Shown: one piece after another, positions 21,241 to 32,000 of the stretch
Position numbering within the stretch: position 1 is the stretch's first letter
Layout: every line of letters begins with the position of its first letter
NCBI RefSeq assembly: GCF_900187275.1
Contig: NZ_LT906458.1
Coordinates: 1,380,001-1,412,000 of the forward strand
Direction: 5' to 3'
DNA length: 32,000 nt
From: Pasteurella multocida
GTDB lineage: Bacteria; Pseudomonadota; Gammaproteobacteria; Enterobacterales; Pasteurellaceae
Translations under genes and position numbers: made by a program
The notes under the pieces: generated by a model
Told to the model about the DNA's origin: nothing
What the model saw: only the letters and a program-made list of their open reading frames with translations
Database searches by the model: none

Positions 21241-21897
21241 TTATTCAGAGGATGAGATATCCGTGCTTGTTTTTTCAGTGCCATGTTCCACTTGGTTAGG
21301 TAACTCAGCTAACCCCGCACGCACACGCTTAATACAGGTCAAAATCAATAATAACACCACGAGCCATGCTACCCAATACAACCATTCCGGCAAAGGAGCG
21401 TAGAAGGTATAAGCCAGCCCTAATACACCAAATAAAAACGCACGATCACTTTTTCCCAGTGGACCATCATAACGACGAGTTTGACCTTGTACTTGCCCTA
21501 AGATGCCACATAATTCCGTCAACGCGGCAAGCCAAATAATCAACCCAATCAGTAGCGGATCAAACGGAAAAATGCAAGCAAAAGGTAAATATAATGCGGC
21601 ATCAGAAACCACATCAGTAATTTCATTTAAATACCCCCCTAAGCGTGATTTTTGATGAAACTCACGTGCGAGCATGCCATCAATCGCATTTAACGCCATA
21701 CGAATAAACAGCCAAATAGGGATCAAAATAAATAACCAATGTACTTCAGCCAGTGCTGTGAGAAAGAGCCCTAGCACAACGGAAATCGCACACGCCAATA
21801 AAGTCACTTGGTTCGCTGTTATCCCACGTTGCGCCAGTTTGACAACCGTTGGGCGTAATAGATTCTGAAATTTAGGTTTTAAATCATAAATACTCAT
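21241..21897 (-). CDS. CDP-alcohol phosphatidyltransferase family protein
   Basis: Signature NAIDGMLAREFHQKSRLGGYLNEITDVVSDAALYLPF (D-G-x2-A-R-x8-G-x3-D-x3-D type). MSIYDLKPK start at 21897. Confidence 0.9.
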   Translation of the reverse strand: MSIYDLKPKFQNLLRPTVVKLAQRGITANQVTLLACAISVVLGLFLTALAEVHWLFILIPIWLFIRMALNAIDGMLAREFHQKSRLGGYLNEITDVVSDAALYLPFACIFPFDPLLIGLIIWLAALTELCGILGQVQGQTRRYDGPLGKSDRAFLFGVLGLAYTFYAPLPEWLYWVAWLVVLLLILTCIKRVRAGLAELPNQVEHGTEKTSTDISSSE

Positions 21898-21911
21898 GAG
21901 CACGCTCCTAC

Positions 21912-23768
21912 TCAGAATGGGAACAGTAAAGGAATTAAAAAGACACTTACGATCATCACTAATAAAGTGAAAGGTACACCAACTTTAACAAAATCCGCAA
22001 ATTTATACCCACCGGGACCTAATACCATGGTATTCACAGGGGAGGACACTGGCGTCATAAATGCAGCGGAGGCTGCGACTGCAATAATCATCGCAAATGG
22101 CATCGGTGATACTTGTAATTGATGGGCGATGGTAATCGCAATGGGAGCCATTAAAATGGCCGTTGCGGTATTAGAAATGAATAGACTCACCGCTGCGCAG
22201 AGTAAAAATAAACTCATTAACACCGCATGTAAACCTAATCCCCCCACTGCATCTAACATTAATTTCACCGCTAAATCTACACCACCGGTTTTTTGCAAAG
22301 CGATAGAAAAAGGCATCATACCCACAATTAACACTAAACTTGACCAATGGATCGATTCATACGCACTTTTCCCATCGACACAACGGAAATAACCGAGCAT
22401 TAAACACGCAATTAGGGCAGCAATCACATTCGGTACAACTCCACTCACCATTAATACCACCATGGTTAAAATCGCAAATACCGCATGTGGTGCTTGTGTG
22501 GCGGCGGGGACCGCTCTTTCCATTTCAAGCGGATAGTTTAAAACATAAAAATCTTTCGCATGATGCTGCATCTGTGCAATGGCTTTCCAATCCCCGACGA
22601 CGAGAATCAAATCCCCTAAAGCATAACTGACATCCGAAAAATTACCGACTAAGACTTCACCATCACGTTTTACTCCCACCACATTTAAACCAAATTGTGA
22701 ACGAAAACGCAACTCCGATGTGGTTTTTCCAATACAATCGGAATCTGGTACAAGTGTGATTTCTGCCATGCCAATGGATTTCGCTTGTTGTGAGAAACTT
22801 TGGCTACGAATTTCCGCCATTTCTAAATGATTTTCTTGGCAAAACTGCTCTAAATCGAATTCAGGATGACTGCTGTCCATCATTAAAATATCTTTCTCAC
22901 GAATCTCAGAGGTGCCTAGCGCGGCAATAAACATCGGTCTAAATCGTTTCCAACGTTCAATAGCTAACACATTTAAGCCATAACTAGAACGCAGATGAAG
23001 TTCGTCTAAATTTTTCCCAATGAATGGCGAGCCTTTTTTGACAACCAGTCGTTTGGTCCGCTCACGTAGCCCATACTCATCGATCAAATCATTCATTGAG
23101 CGTCGACTGGTATCTTTTTTGGTTTGTTCTTCAGGATCAGTTAACCAACGGCGCGCCACTAACATATATAAAATCCCCATGGTCAGTACGACTAGACCGA
23201 TAGGGGTAAAATCAAAGAAGTGAAAACGAAAATCCGTATTACGAATCAATTCCGCATTGACGACTAAGTTAGGAGCGGTGGCAATCAAGGTCATCATGCC
23301 ACTAATTAAACCAGCGACACTCAGCGGCATCATAAGCCGTTTCGGTGAGATATTCATTTGCTGACAAATGACTAACACCACTGGAATAAAAATCGCCACA
23401 ATCCCTGTCGAACTCATAAACGAACCGAGTACCGCCACCGCGAGCATTAACAAAATTAGCACTTTGGTTTCATTATTTTTCGAGGCTTTTAATAACCATT
23501 CACTCACTTGATAAGCAATCCCAGTACGTACAATTCCTTCTCCGACAATGAAAAGTAATGCAATCAAAATGACATTAGGATCACTAAAGCCTGCTAAAAC
23601 TTCATTTACACTTAAAATGCCACTTAACGCAAAGGCGACAATCACTAATAATGCCACCACATCCATGCGGATTTTATTACGTACAAATAAGACAATCGCG
23701 CCAAATAAGAGCAGTAAGACCCAAAATAACGAACTTGTCCAGAAAGGTGCTTGTAAGCTGAGCTCCAC
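21912..23768 (-). CDS. SLC13 / DASS-type anion permease with two internal TrkA-C (RCK_C) domains
   Basis: 618 aa: VLLFGAIVLFVRNKIRMDVVALLVIVAFALSGILSVNEVLAGFSDPNVILIALLFIVGEG; regulatory segments GSPFIGKNLDELHLRSSYGLNVLAIER and DSDCIGKTTSELRFRSQFGLNVVGVKRDG; C-terminal NTATAILMAPIAI and TPVSSPVNTMVLGPGGYKFADFVKVG. Confidence 0.9.
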   Translation of the reverse strand: MELSLQAPFWTSSLFWVLLLLFGAIVLFVRNKIRMDVVALLVIVAFALSGILSVNEVLAGFSDPNVILIALLFIVGEGIVRTGIAYQVSEWLLKASKNNETKVLILLMLAVAVLGSFMSSTGIVAIFIPVVLVICQQMNISPKRLMMPLSVAGLISGMMTLIATAPNLVVNAELIRNTDFRFHFFDFTPIGLVVLTMGILYMLVARRWLTDPEEQTKKDTSRRSMNDLIDEYGLRERTKRLVVKKGSPFIGKNLDELHLRSSYGLNVLAIERWKRFRPMFIAALGTSEIREKDILMMDSSHPEFDLEQFCQENHLEMAEIRSQSFSQQAKSIGMAEITLVPDSDCIGKTTSELRFRSQFGLNVVGVKRDGEVLVGNFSDVSYALGDLILVVGDWKAIAQMQHHAKDFYVLNYPLEMERAVPAATQAPHAVFAILTMVVLMVSGVVPNVIAALIACLMLGYFRCVDGKSAYESIHWSSLVLIVGMMPFSIALQKTGGVDLAVKLMLDAVGGLGLHAVLMSLFLLCAAVSLFISNTATAILMAPIAITIAHQLQVSPMPFAMIIAVAASAAFMTPVSSPVNTMVLGPGGYKFADFVKVGVPFTLLVMIVSVFLIPLLFPF

Positions 23769-23798
23769 GTTAAACTCCTCACAAAATAAATAGATGAA

Positions 23799-24392
23799 TT
23801 ATAAAGTATTGAGTAATTTTCGCACAGGCGCAAAACTACGTCTATGCTGGGCTAAAGGTCCCAACTCGGCTAATTTGGCTAAATGCAACGCCGTTGGGTA
23901 ACCTTTATGTTGCGCAAAGGCATATTCCGGATAGCGTTTATCTAACTCAGCCATTTCTTGATCGCGTGCGACTTTCGCCAAAATGGAGGCAGCGCTGATT
24001 TCTGCCACCAGTCCATCACCTTTCACAATCGCTTGTGCTGGGATCATGAGCTCTGGCACACGATTGCCATCCACTAACACAAAGTGCGGTTGAATTTTCA
24101 AATTTTCGACCGCTCTTTTCATCGCTAACATGGTGGCATGCAAAATATTTAATTGATCAATTTCCTCTGCTTCTGCGCGCCCCAAACTCCAAGCTAAGGC
24201 TTTTTGCTTAATTTCTTCGGCTAACAAAAGGCGTTTTTTTTCAGACAGTTTTTTCGAGTCATTGAGACCTAAAATAGGTTGATGAGGATCTAAAATCACC
24301 GCTGCCGTCACAACCGCGCCCACTAAAGGTCCGCGCCCGACTTCATCCACACCTGCAATGAGTTCAACCCCTTTGGGATATTCAAATACCAT
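23799..24392 (-). CDS. rnhB: Ribonuclease HII
   Basis: [47 protein letters not shown]. Preferred start is the ATG at 24392. Confidence 0.95.
   Translation of the reverse strand: MVFEYPKGVELIAGVDEVGRGPLVGAVVTAAVILDPHQPILGLNDSKKLSEKKRLLLAEEIKQKALAWSLGRAEAEEIDQLNILHATMLAMKRAVENLKIQPHFVLVDGNRVPELMIPAQAIVKGDGLVAEISAASILAKVARDQEMAELDKRYPEYAFAQHKGYPTALHLAKLAELGPLAQHRRSFAPVRKLLNTL
24082..24090 (+). repeat. DNA uptake signal sequence core
   Basis: Exact AAGTGCGGT inside rnhB. Confidence 0.85.
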
Positions 24393-24393
24393 G

Positions 24394-25572
24394 TTATTTA
24401 TCCTCTTGTTCGAGTAATTCAATCACAGCTTGTGCCGCTTGTTTATCTGCATCACATTGGATCAACTTGTGTAAATCCGTAAAGCGTTGAATTAATGCAT
24501 GACGTTGTTGTAACGCGCTTTCTTCTTGGCTTAAATAAAGCGCCAGTTTTTCAGCAAGATTTTCTGCTGTACATTGCTCTTGGATAAGCTCTGGTACCAA
24601 CATTTCATTCGCCAATAAATTCGGTAAGGAAACATATTCTGTTTTCACTAAGCGCTTTGCTAAGAAGTAAGTAGTTGCTTTCATACGATAACCCACCACC
24701 ATCGGCGATTTACATAACATGGCTTCTAGCGCTGCCGTCCCTGACGCTAATAAGGTTGCTTCTGCGGCTATCATGGCTTGGCGAGCCTTTCCGTCTAACA
24801 AGATCAGCTCTAATTCTGGCGCGACTTGCGCTTTAATTTGTTCAAATTGTTCACGACGCTTAGCATTAATCAATGGAACCAAGAATTGAATATCAGGATA
24901 TTGTTGTTTTAACAATTTAGCCGCTTGCAAAAAAGGTTCCGCTAAAAAGGTAACTTCTGAACCACGACTTCCAACAAGTATCGCCACATAACGCTGACTT
25001 GCATCAAGATTTAAATATTCACAAGCTTCCTGACGATTTGGTTTTAATGCGATCGCATCTGCCATCGTATGACCGATAAAACGGCAAGGCACCTCAAAAC
25101 GATCATAAAATGCTTTTTCAAAAGGTAAAAAAGCTAAAACGAGATGCGTCGCTTTGGCAATTTTATGAATACGATTCTGACGCCAAGCCCAAACGGAAGG
25201 GCTGACATAATGTATGGTTTTGATGCCATTTTCTTTTAACTTCAATTCAACGTCGATATTAAAATCCGGCGCATCAATACCAATGAAAATATCTGGCTTT
25301 TCTTGCAACATGGTGTGAATTAATTGACGACGGATTTTCAATAAACGGGGTAAGTGTTTCACCACTTCGGCTAATCCCATGACTGAAAGCTCTTCCATAT
25401 CTACCAAGGTTTCCGCGCCTTCTGCCAACATTCGAGGCCCCGCGATCCCAATAAATCGTGCATGAGGATACTGAACTTTCAAACTGCGGATAAGCCCAGC
25501 ACCCAAAATATCACCCGACACTTCGCCGGCAACAATGGCAATCGTCGGCGGCTGTTTATGTATTTCTTTCAT
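24394..25572 (-). CDS. lpxB: Lipid-A-disaccharide synthase
   Basis: 392 aa: [83 protein letters not shown]. Confidence 0.96.
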   Translation of the reverse strand: MKEIHKQPPTIAIVAGEVSGDILGAGLIRSLKVQYPHARFIGIAGPRMLAEGAETLVDMEELSVMGLAEVVKHLPRLLKIRRQLIHTMLQEKPDIFIGIDAPDFNIDVELKLKENGIKTIHYVSPSVWAWRQNRIHKIAKATHLVLAFLPFEKAFYDRFEVPCRFIGHTMADAIALKPNRQEACEYLNLDASQRYVAILVGSRGSEVTFLAEPFLQAAKLLKQQYPDIQFLVPLINAKRREQFEQIKAQVAPELELILLDGKARQAMIAAEATLLASGTAALEAMLCKSPMVVGYRMKATTYFLAKRLVKTEYVSLPNLLANEMLVPELIQEQCTAENLAEKLALYLSQEESALQQRHALIQRFTDLHKLIQCDADKQAAQAVIELLEQEDK

Positions 25573-25595
25573 CTCTCAATCCTAGATAAAAAACA

Positions 25596-25623
25596 ACCGC
25601 ACTTCTCAGGAAAAAAGTGCGGT
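25596..25623 (-). terminator. Inverted pair of uptake signals in the lpxA-lpxB gap; terminator/attenuator-like hairpin
   Basis: ACCGCACTT (25596-25604) / AAGTGCGGT (25615-25623), 10-nt loop. On the minus strand the stem is followed by GTTGTTTTTTATC. Confidence 0.55.
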
Positions 25624-25647
25624 CGATTTGAGTCAAATTTCGCTTAA

Positions 25648-26436
25648 TTAACGAATAATTCCGCGTGTTGAACGCTTGAAAAACTCAACAAAGAAGCTAA
25701 TCGCTGATTCTTTTGCCGCCACTTGTTCAATTTCGGGCATCACTTCTTCTAAGGTTTTGCCACTGCGGTAAATCAGTTTATACACATTGCGAATCGCATG
25801 TAAGGTCGGTTTATCAAAACCACGACGTTTCAAGCCTTCAATATTCACACCAAACGGTTTTGCGTGGTTGCCTTGCGCCATCACATAAGGTGGTACATCT
25901 TGGCTAACCATTGAACCACCACCTAGCATCACGTGTGCGCCGACAATGACAAATTGATGAATCGCAGACATCCCACCAACAATCACAAAATCATCGAGCT
26001 CAACATGCCCTGCTAATGTTGCATTATTGGCTAAAATACAACGATTCTTAATGCGGCAATCATGTGCTACATGCACATTCACCATCAATAAGTTATCATC
26101 ACCAATTACCGTCACAGAACCGCCCTGCGCTGTACCACGGTGAATCGTCACACTCTCACGAATGCGGTTACGATCACCGATGATCGTTCTGGTTGGCTCA
26201 CCTTGGTATTTTAAATCTTGGTTGGTGTCGCCAATACTGGCGAATTGAAAAATTTGGTTATCGCGCCCAATCTTAGTAATGCCTTTGACGACAACATGCG
26301 AATGTAAGATCGTACCTGCACCAATTTCGACTTCTGCACCAACAAGACAAAAGGGACCGATAACAACATTCTCACCAATTTTTGCTCCAGCCTCCACAAT
26401 TGAGGTAGGATGAATCTGTGCGGTTGGGTGGATCAT
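25648..26436 (-). CDS. lpxA: UDP-N-acetylglucosamine O-acyltransferase
   Basis: 262 aa hexapeptide-repeat protein: [67 protein letters not shown]. Confidence 0.97.
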   Translation of the reverse strand: MIHPTAQIHPTSIVEAGAKIGENVVIGPFCLVGAEVEIGAGTILHSHVVVKGITKIGRDNQIFQFASIGDTNQDLKYQGEPTRTIIGDRNRIRESVTIHRGTAQGGSVTVIGDDNLLMVNVHVAHDCRIKNRCILANNATLAGHVELDDFVIVGGMSAIHQFVIVGAHVMLGGGSMVSQDVPPYVMAQGNHAKPFGVNIEGLKRRGFDKPTLHAIRNVYKLIYRSGKTLEEVMPEIEQVAAKESAISFFVEFFKRSTRGIIR

Positions 26437-26453
26437 ATTTTACTCCTTGCTTA

Positions 26454-26927
26454 TTATGCGGGACGACGAGCACACATTAATTCTGCTTCGCACACCACTT
26501 GACCATCTACGGTTGCCACACCAGTGAAACGCGTAATACCGCGACGCTCTTTCAAGAAGTGAACTTCTAACACCATTTGATCACCAGGTAACACAGGACG
26601 TTTAAAGCGCGCATTATCAATTGCAGCAAAATAATAAATTTCATTTTCTAATTGACGGTAAGTTTTACAGGCGAGCACCCCCGTCGCTTGTGCCATGGCT
26701 TCCAAAATCAACACACCCGGAAAAATCGGTTGTTCTGGGAAATGTCCCGTAAAGCAAGGCTCATTTACGCTAATATTTTTTACAGCTTTAAGCCATTTAC
26801 CTTCTTCATAATCCACCACACGATCCACTAATAAAAAAGGATAACGGTGAGGAAGCAATTTCATAATTTCATTTGCTTCAATGATTTTTGTTGTGGTAGT
26901 TTCAGTTGTCACAATAGTACCTTCCAA
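26454..26927 (-). CDS. fabZ: 3-hydroxyacyl-[acyl-carrier-protein] dehydratase
   Basis: [65 protein letters not shown]. The exact start is uncertain (possible GTG at 26912). Confidence 0.96.
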   Translation of the reverse strand: MEGTIVTTETTTTKIIEANEIMKLLPHRYPFLLVDRVVDYEEGKWLKAVKNISVNEPCFTGHFPEQPIFPGVLILEAMAQATGVLACKTYRQLENEIYYFAAIDNARFKRPVLPGDQMVLEVHFLKERRGITRFTGVATVDGQVVCEAELMCARRPA

Positions 26928-26997
26928 TAAAAATAAAACGATAAAACATTCAAAATTATACGGTATTTACGTGCTGAATACAAAACGCACCACAAAA

Positions 26998-27006
26998 AAG
27001 TGCGGT
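26998..27006 (+). repeat. DNA uptake signal sequence core
   Basis: Exact AAGTGCGGT between lpxD and fabZ. Confidence 0.85.
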
Positions 27007-27017
27007 TCGTTTCACGC

Positions 27018-28046
27018 TTATTTCTTCTCGAATTTCTTTTCTAAGGCTTTTAACCGTTTATTCATCGCATCAATGCCTAACGTCAATGCAGCGGTTTTAC
27101 GCCATTCTTTATTCGTTTGTAATGGGATACCCGAAGAGTACACGCCAGGTTCAGTAATTGGACGCATCACCATCCCCATACCTGTAATCGTCACTTTATC
27201 GCAGATTTCCATGTGTCCATTGATCACACTGGCACCACCAATTAAGCAATAGCGTCCGACGGTCAAGCTACCAGCCATAATCACCCCACCAGCAACTGCA
27301 GTCCCGGTCCCAATATGGACGTTATGCGCAATTTGGCAAAGATTATCAATAATCACATTATCTTCAATGACCGTTGGATCTAACGCACCTCGATCAATAC
27401 AAGTGCAAGCGCCAATTTCGACATGATTGCCAATAATAACTTGTCCAACTTGTGGAATTTTAATCCAACGCCCACGATCATTGGCGTAACCAAAACCATC
27501 ACTACCGATCACTGCACCAGATTGAATTAAACAATGTTGCCCTATTTCAACCTCATGATAAACACTGACATTTGCCCATAGCTGGGTATAAGCACCAATT
27601 TTGCTATTTTTGCCGACAAAGCAGTTAGCACCAATGACTACATGATCACCAAGCGTTACCCCGTCTTCAATCACCGCATTGGCACCAATTGAGACATTTT
27701 TGCCTATCACAGCACTAGCCGATACCACCGCACTGGCGGCAATGCCGCTCGCAGCTTTCGGCGTGCTATCCATATATTGTGCTAGAACGGCATAAGCCAC
27801 GTACGGATCTTTTACAATCAATAAATTACTTTGCTCTGCACAAAACGCCACATCCGCTTCTGACACCACCAAAATCCCGGCATGAGATTGTGCCAGTAAG
27901 GAACGGAACTTAGGATTAGAAATAAAGGTAAGCTGTTTTTCTGTCGCCTTATCTAAAGGCGCAATACTTTCTACAACAACATCGGCGTTACCACGAATGG
28001 TAGCGCCGATCTGTTGTGCTAATTCTTGGAGGGAATAAACTTGCAT
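27018..28046 (-). CDS. lpxD: UDP-3-O-(3-hydroxymyristoyl)glucosamine N-acyltransferase
   Basis: 342 aa: [20 protein letters not shown] repeats, [48 protein letters not shown]. Confidence 0.97.
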   Translation of the reverse strand: MQVYSLQELAQQIGATIRGNADVVVESIAPLDKATEKQLTFISNPKFRSLLAQSHAGILVVSEADVAFCAEQSNLLIVKDPYVAYAVLAQYMDSTPKAASGIAASAVVSASAVIGKNVSIGANAVIEDGVTLGDHVVIGANCFVGKNSKIGAYTQLWANVSVYHEVEIGQHCLIQSGAVIGSDGFGYANDRGRWIKIPQVGQVIIGNHVEIGACTCIDRGALDPTVIEDNVIIDNLCQIAHNVHIGTGTAVAGGVIMAGSLTVGRYCLIGGASVINGHMEICDKVTITGMGMVMRPITEPGVYSSGIPLQTNKEWRKTAALTLGIDAMNKRLKALEKKFEKK

Positions 28047-28627
28047 TATTTCGCCTGTGTCGCAGGAATGACTTTTAGAACATCTTCAGTAATATTTTTT
28101 GCATCTGCAGCAAACACGACTGCACCTTCATTCAGTACTAATGTATAGTTTTTCTCTCTTGCAACCGTATTTACCGCGTTTTGAATGCTATCCACTAATT
28201 TTGCGGTTTCTTCACGTTCACGTTTTGCATAATCGTCTTGATATTTACTGACTTCTTCATCATGTGCAGTAACGAGTTTATTGATCGCTTCTTGCTCGCT
28301 ATTGCCGAGTTTATTGATTTCTTCTTCACGTTTTTTAATATCTGCACTGCGTAATTTCGGGGCATCTTTTTGTAATGCAGCAACTTTGGCTTCAACTTTC
28401 TTTTGAGAAGCGGCAATTTTTTCATCAATGCTTTTTTTATTTGCAGTGAGTTTTTCTACTCTGGCTTTAAACTCTGACTCTAATTTTTCTGCCACCATTT
28501 TACGATCTGGGTGATTTTGAAATAAATAATCCCCACTGATAAATGCAATATTTTCTGTGGCCATGGCTAAAGACGAAGTAAAGGCTAATGCTAAAGAAAG
28601 TGCGGTAACTTTGACTGCTTTTTTCAT
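28046..28627 (-). CDS. skp: Periplasmic chaperone Skp (OmpH family)
   Basis: 193 aa with signal peptide [23 protein letters not shown], then a long charged coiled-coil region and C-terminal [13 protein letters not shown]. Lies between bamA and lpxD. Confidence 0.93.
   Translation of the reverse strand: MKKAVKVTALSLALAFTSSLAMATENIAFISGDYLFQNHPDRKMVAEKLESEFKARVEKLTANKKSIDEKIAASQKKVEAKVAALQKDAPKLRSADIKKREEEINKLGNSEQEAINKLVTAHDEEVSKYQDDYAKREREETAKLVDSIQNAVNTVAREKNYTLVLNEGAVVFAADAKNITEDVLKVIPATQAK
28598..28606 (+). repeat. DNA uptake signal sequence core
   Basis: Exact AAGTGCGGT within the skp signal-peptide coding region. Confidence 0.85.
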
Positions 28628-28735
28628 TGGTTTCTTTTCCTATTTCAATAAAGATATGAATAAATACTGTGCCGAACGCTGACGGCACAGATGGCTGTTT
28701 AGACTACAATTTTTTACATAAGTTCCAATCGCTTA

Positions 28736-31111
28736 TTAGAACGTCCCACCAATGCTGAATTGGAATTGCTCAATTTCATCGCCTTGGTATTTTTTAAGAG
28801 GTTTCGCATAAGAGAACACTAACGGTCCAATTGGCGATTGCCATTGAAGCGCCACCCCAGCTGAAGCACGAACGCGACTTGGGTCACTGTAATCTGGCAC
28901 ATTCAATTTTGCAAATTTTGCTTTATCCTCTGCTTTCCAACGCGTATTCCACACACTTGCGGCATCCACAAACAAAGAAGTTCTTACTGAGTTTTGGTTT
29001 TTGTCTGCGACAAATGGTGTTGGGACAATGAGTTCGGTACTGGCGGTGACCATTGCATTCCCCCCAATCACATCGCTACTGACTAAACAATAGCTGTCAG
29101 GACATTGACGTGTACGATAAATTGCATTTGGTCCAATCGCACCATAGGCAAAGCCACGTAAACTCCCGATACCGCCTGCGCTATAATATTGATAGAACGG
29201 CAAACGCTTACCACCAAATCCATCAGCAAAAGAGGCACTAATACGGCTTGAAAGTACCCAACCATGTTCACGATCTAACGGATAGAACCCTTGTGCTTCT
29301 GCATTGAGTTTATAATATTTATTGTCTGAGCCCGGAATGGTCACTCGTCCACCAATATTGGCACGTACCCCTTTGGTTGGGAAATAGCCACGGTTAAGAC
29401 TGTTATAATTCCAACCAAAAGACAAATCAAAATCGTGCGATTTAAAGGTCCAAGAATCATTATATTTCATTGATTGACGATATAAATCACGATTATATTC
29501 CGGTGCGATATTCTTCAGTTTATTATACGTATAGCCCACACCAAGATAATATGAGTTATTCTCATTCACCGGAAAGCCTAGTGTCAAATTACCACCATAG
29601 CTAGTCCGTCCATAGGCCGCAGAGGTATTACTTTTGGAACTATCATATTCTTCAAAGAAAACATTGCCACCGAGGCTCACACCATCTTTGGTAAAGTACG
29701 GCTCATTATAACCAAGATTGATTGTAGTACCGTAGTCATTACGCGTCCCACCTAAACTAATAGAAGATCCCATTCCTAAGAAGTTATCCTGTTTAATACT
29801 GGCTTGGTAGCTCAACCCACTTTCTGTACCATAACCAATACCAAAGTTAATGCTACCCGTATTACGCTCTTTGACTTTATAAATCACATCGACTTGATCA
29901 GAACCCGGGATAGCTTCTGTTTTGGTTTCTACACTCTCAAAGAACCCCGTACGATCTAAACGTAATTTACCTAACTCAACCAACTCCGAGGATAGCCAAG
30001 CGCCTTCTTGTTGACGCATTTCCTGACGTAAGGTGCTATCTGCACTACTTGTATTGCCTTCAAAACGAATTTGGCGAACCGTATAACTTTTGCCTGCTTC
30101 AACAATAAAATCTAACGAAATCGTTTTATCTTGTTCGTCAAATGTCGGGTGAACATTGACTTGCGCAGTCGCATAACCTCTTTCACCTAACTTCGATTTG
30201 ATGCGTTGTTCAACTTCCAATACGTTTGCGCGACGGAAAAGACCATTTAGTTGAATCGTATCTAAAATCGGGGCAAGTTCTGCTGACATGCCACCCACAT
30301 CCCCTAGAATACGCGCGCTTTTCACTGTATATAAGTCACCTTCTTTCACTTTAATAATGACACGCGCTTCTTTTTTATCATCACTTAATTTGATATCAGT
30401 ATCTAAAATTTGGAATTGCGCGTAACCACGATCTAAATAATAGCTACGTAAGGTTTCTAAATCTTTATTGAATTGGGTTTGATCAAATTTGTTACCAAAC
30501 AATTTCCACCATGCATCTGTTTGAAGTTCCATTTGATCTTCTAATTTACTGCTGCTAAACGCTTGATTACCTTCAAAAATAATTTCTTTAAATAGCGCAA
30601 CATCATCTTCATTAATTTGAATTTTAATTTCCGCGCTATTATTTGGTAGTGTATTCACGATAGCCTCTACCTTCGCGTTATAGCGACCGACACTATTGTA
30701 GTGTTCGACAATCCCTTTCCGGAATTCTTCTAATTTAGCACGGTTTAATACATCACCGACTTTAAAGCCATTCGCATCTAAGTTTTGTTTAATTGCTTCA
30801 TCAGGAATCGATTTATTACCGTCAATCACGACGTTTGAAATAACAGGTTTAGGCATGACTGTCACAACTAAAGTATTCCCTTCGCGACTTGCTTTCACAT
30901 CATCATATTGCCCACTCAGGAATAATTTTCGTACCACATTAGCAATATCGTTATCTGTTGCTCGCTGCCCAACACGAACAGGAAGTGTAGCTAATACACT
31001 TCCTTCTGTACCTGCTTGAACACCGTCAACACGAATGTCTTTCACTACAAACGGCGCAGCAAATGCAGTGGTTGAACCAAATAATAAGCTCGCAATTAAA
31101 AGTTTTTTCAT
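28736..31111 (-). CDS. bamA: Outer membrane protein assembly factor BamA (Omp85/Oma87/D15)
   Basis: 791 aa: signal peptide, POTRA repeats starting [29 protein letters not shown], surface-antigen barrel with [13 protein letters not shown] and C-terminal FQFSIGGTF ending in Phe. Confidence 0.97.
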   Translation of the reverse strand: MKKLLIASLLFGSTTAFAAPFVVKDIRVDGVQAGTEGSVLATLPVRVGQRATDNDIANVVRKLFLSGQYDDVKASREGNTLVVTVMPKPVISNVVIDGNKSIPDEAIKQNLDANGFKVGDVLNRAKLEEFRKGIVEHYNSVGRYNAKVEAIVNTLPNNSAEIKIQINEDDVALFKEIIFEGNQAFSSSKLEDQMELQTDAWWKLFGNKFDQTQFNKDLETLRSYYLDRGYAQFQILDTDIKLSDDKKEARVIIKVKEGDLYTVKSARILGDVGGMSAELAPILDTIQLNGLFRRANVLEVEQRIKSKLGERGYATAQVNVHPTFDEQDKTISLDFIVEAGKSYTVRQIRFEGNTSSADSTLRQEMRQQEGAWLSSELVELGKLRLDRTGFFESVETKTEAIPGSDQVDVIYKVKERNTGSINFGIGYGTESGLSYQASIKQDNFLGMGSSISLGGTRNDYGTTINLGYNEPYFTKDGVSLGGNVFFEEYDSSKSNTSAAYGRTSYGGNLTLGFPVNENNSYYLGVGYTYNKLKNIAPEYNRDLYRQSMKYNDSWTFKSHDFDLSFGWNYNSLNRGYFPTKGVRANIGGRVTIPGSDNKYYKLNAEAQGFYPLDREHGWVLSSRISASFADGFGGKRLPFYQYYSAGGIGSLRGFAYGAIGPNAIYRTRQCPDSYCLVSSDVIGGNAMVTASTELIVPTPFVADKNQNSVRTSLFVDAASVWNTRWKAEDKAKFAKLNVPDYSDPSRVRASAGVALQWQSPIGPLVFSYAKPLKKYQGDEIEQFQFSIGGTF

Positions 31112-31140
31112 CGTGAATGTTATCCTGTGAGTAAAATTAA

Positions 31141-32000
31141 TTATAAACGTAAGAAATCATTAAAGAGTGCAAATCCCATTAAAGCCATTAATATCGCTGC
31201 ACCAATTCGATAACTCAAATTTTGAATACGTTCTGAGAGTGGTTTACCTCGGACCGCCTCAGCCGCTAAAAAGACTAAATGACCACCATCAAGAACAGGT
31301 AATGGAAATAAGTTCATTATGCCTAAATTCACACTGATCAATGCCATAAAACCGAGGTAATAAATCAACCCAATTTCAGAAGAGATGCCCGCACCTTTCG
31401 CAATAGAAATCGGACCACCTAAATTCTTCAAAGCCAGATCACCGGTAAAGAGCTTGCCAATCACTTTTACCGTTAACCATGAAAGCTGTATCGTCTTCTC
31501 AACCCCTTTCTGTAAGGCCTCAAGAATACCATATTTTAATTCGGTTCGATATACATCAGAGATCGGGGCAGCCGTCGGCGCAATCCCCACATACCAGCGT
31601 CCTTTTTTGTTTAATTCTGGTGTCAGAACAACAAAGGAAAACTGACCATCACGTTCAACTTTAACATTAAACGGTTTTCCTTCTTGTACAAACTGTACAA
31701 ATTGTTGCCAACTAATTAACTGCTCTCCCGCATAAATGCGATCACCGGCTTTTAAGCCTGCTTTGTCGGCAGGTGAGTTGACCTCGACCTTAGACAAAAT
31801 CATGTCCACTTTAGTTCTCACAGGTTGCAGACCAAGTGAGCTCATGGCACTTTCTTTTTCAGGATCAAAACGCCAGTCTTTCGTATTGAGTACTTTATGT
31901 TGCTCAATAGACGAGCCAAAAGGCGATAACGTTAGGTGAATTTCATCATTTCCCATCTTAGTTGCCAACAACATATTAATGGTTTCCCAATCGCTCACTT
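31141..32000 (-). CDS. rseP: RseP-type site-2 zinc metalloprotease, C-terminal part (continues past the right edge)
   Basis: PDZ segment [32 protein letters not shown] and membrane motif [35 protein letters not shown]. The ORF is open to the window end, so the M at 31998 is internal. Confidence 0.93.
   Translation of the reverse strand, partial: VSDWETINMLLATKMGNDEIHLTLSPFGSSIEQHKVLNTKDWRFDPEKESAMSSLGLQPVRTKVDMILSKVEVNSPADKAGLKAGDRIYAGEQLISWQQFVQFVQEGKPFNVKVERDGQFSFVVLTPELNKKGRWYVGIAPTAAPISDVYRTELKYGILEALQKGVEKTIQLSWLTVKVIGKLFTGDLALKNLGGPISIAKGAGISSEIGLIYYLGFMALISVNLGIMNLFPLPVLDGGHLVFLAAEAVRGKPLSERIQNLSYRIGAAILMALMGFALFNDFLRL

Overview
This window reads as ordinary conserved chromosome from a Pasteurellaceae member. 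Eighteen exact copies of the 9-bp Haemophilus/Pasteurella-type DNA uptake signal AAGTGCGGT/ACCGCACTT support that, and the proteins resemble Pasteurella, although the species is not proven from sequence alone. It is densely packed with housekeeping genes. From left to right: a trehalose locus (treC fragment, YjbR-like gene, treB, treR); a Bcr-type exporter; rsuA; maeB; sodA; cpdB; a small isoprenylcysteine-methyltransferase-like membrane protein; the yfgM-hisS-ispG-rodZ-pilF-rlmN block; an AI-2E family permease; glnB; mog; a CdsA-like / PlsC-like / CDP-alcohol phosphatidyltransferase cluster followed by an SLC13-type transporter; and the rnhB-lpxB-lpxA-fabZ-lpxD-skp-bamA-rseP envelope operon. 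I found no convincing mobile element, CRISPR array, tRNA/rRNA, defence locus or clearly undescribed system. The items most worth a second look are: an apparent single-base frameshift splitting the PlsC-like acyltransferase (about 21091); paired inverted uptake signals that look like terminators, one of them inside the lpxA-lpxB gap; a charged, Ala/Glu/Lys-rich C-terminal tail on the AI-2E family permease; a YjbR-like gene inside the tre locus; and a twin-arginine-like leader on CpdB.
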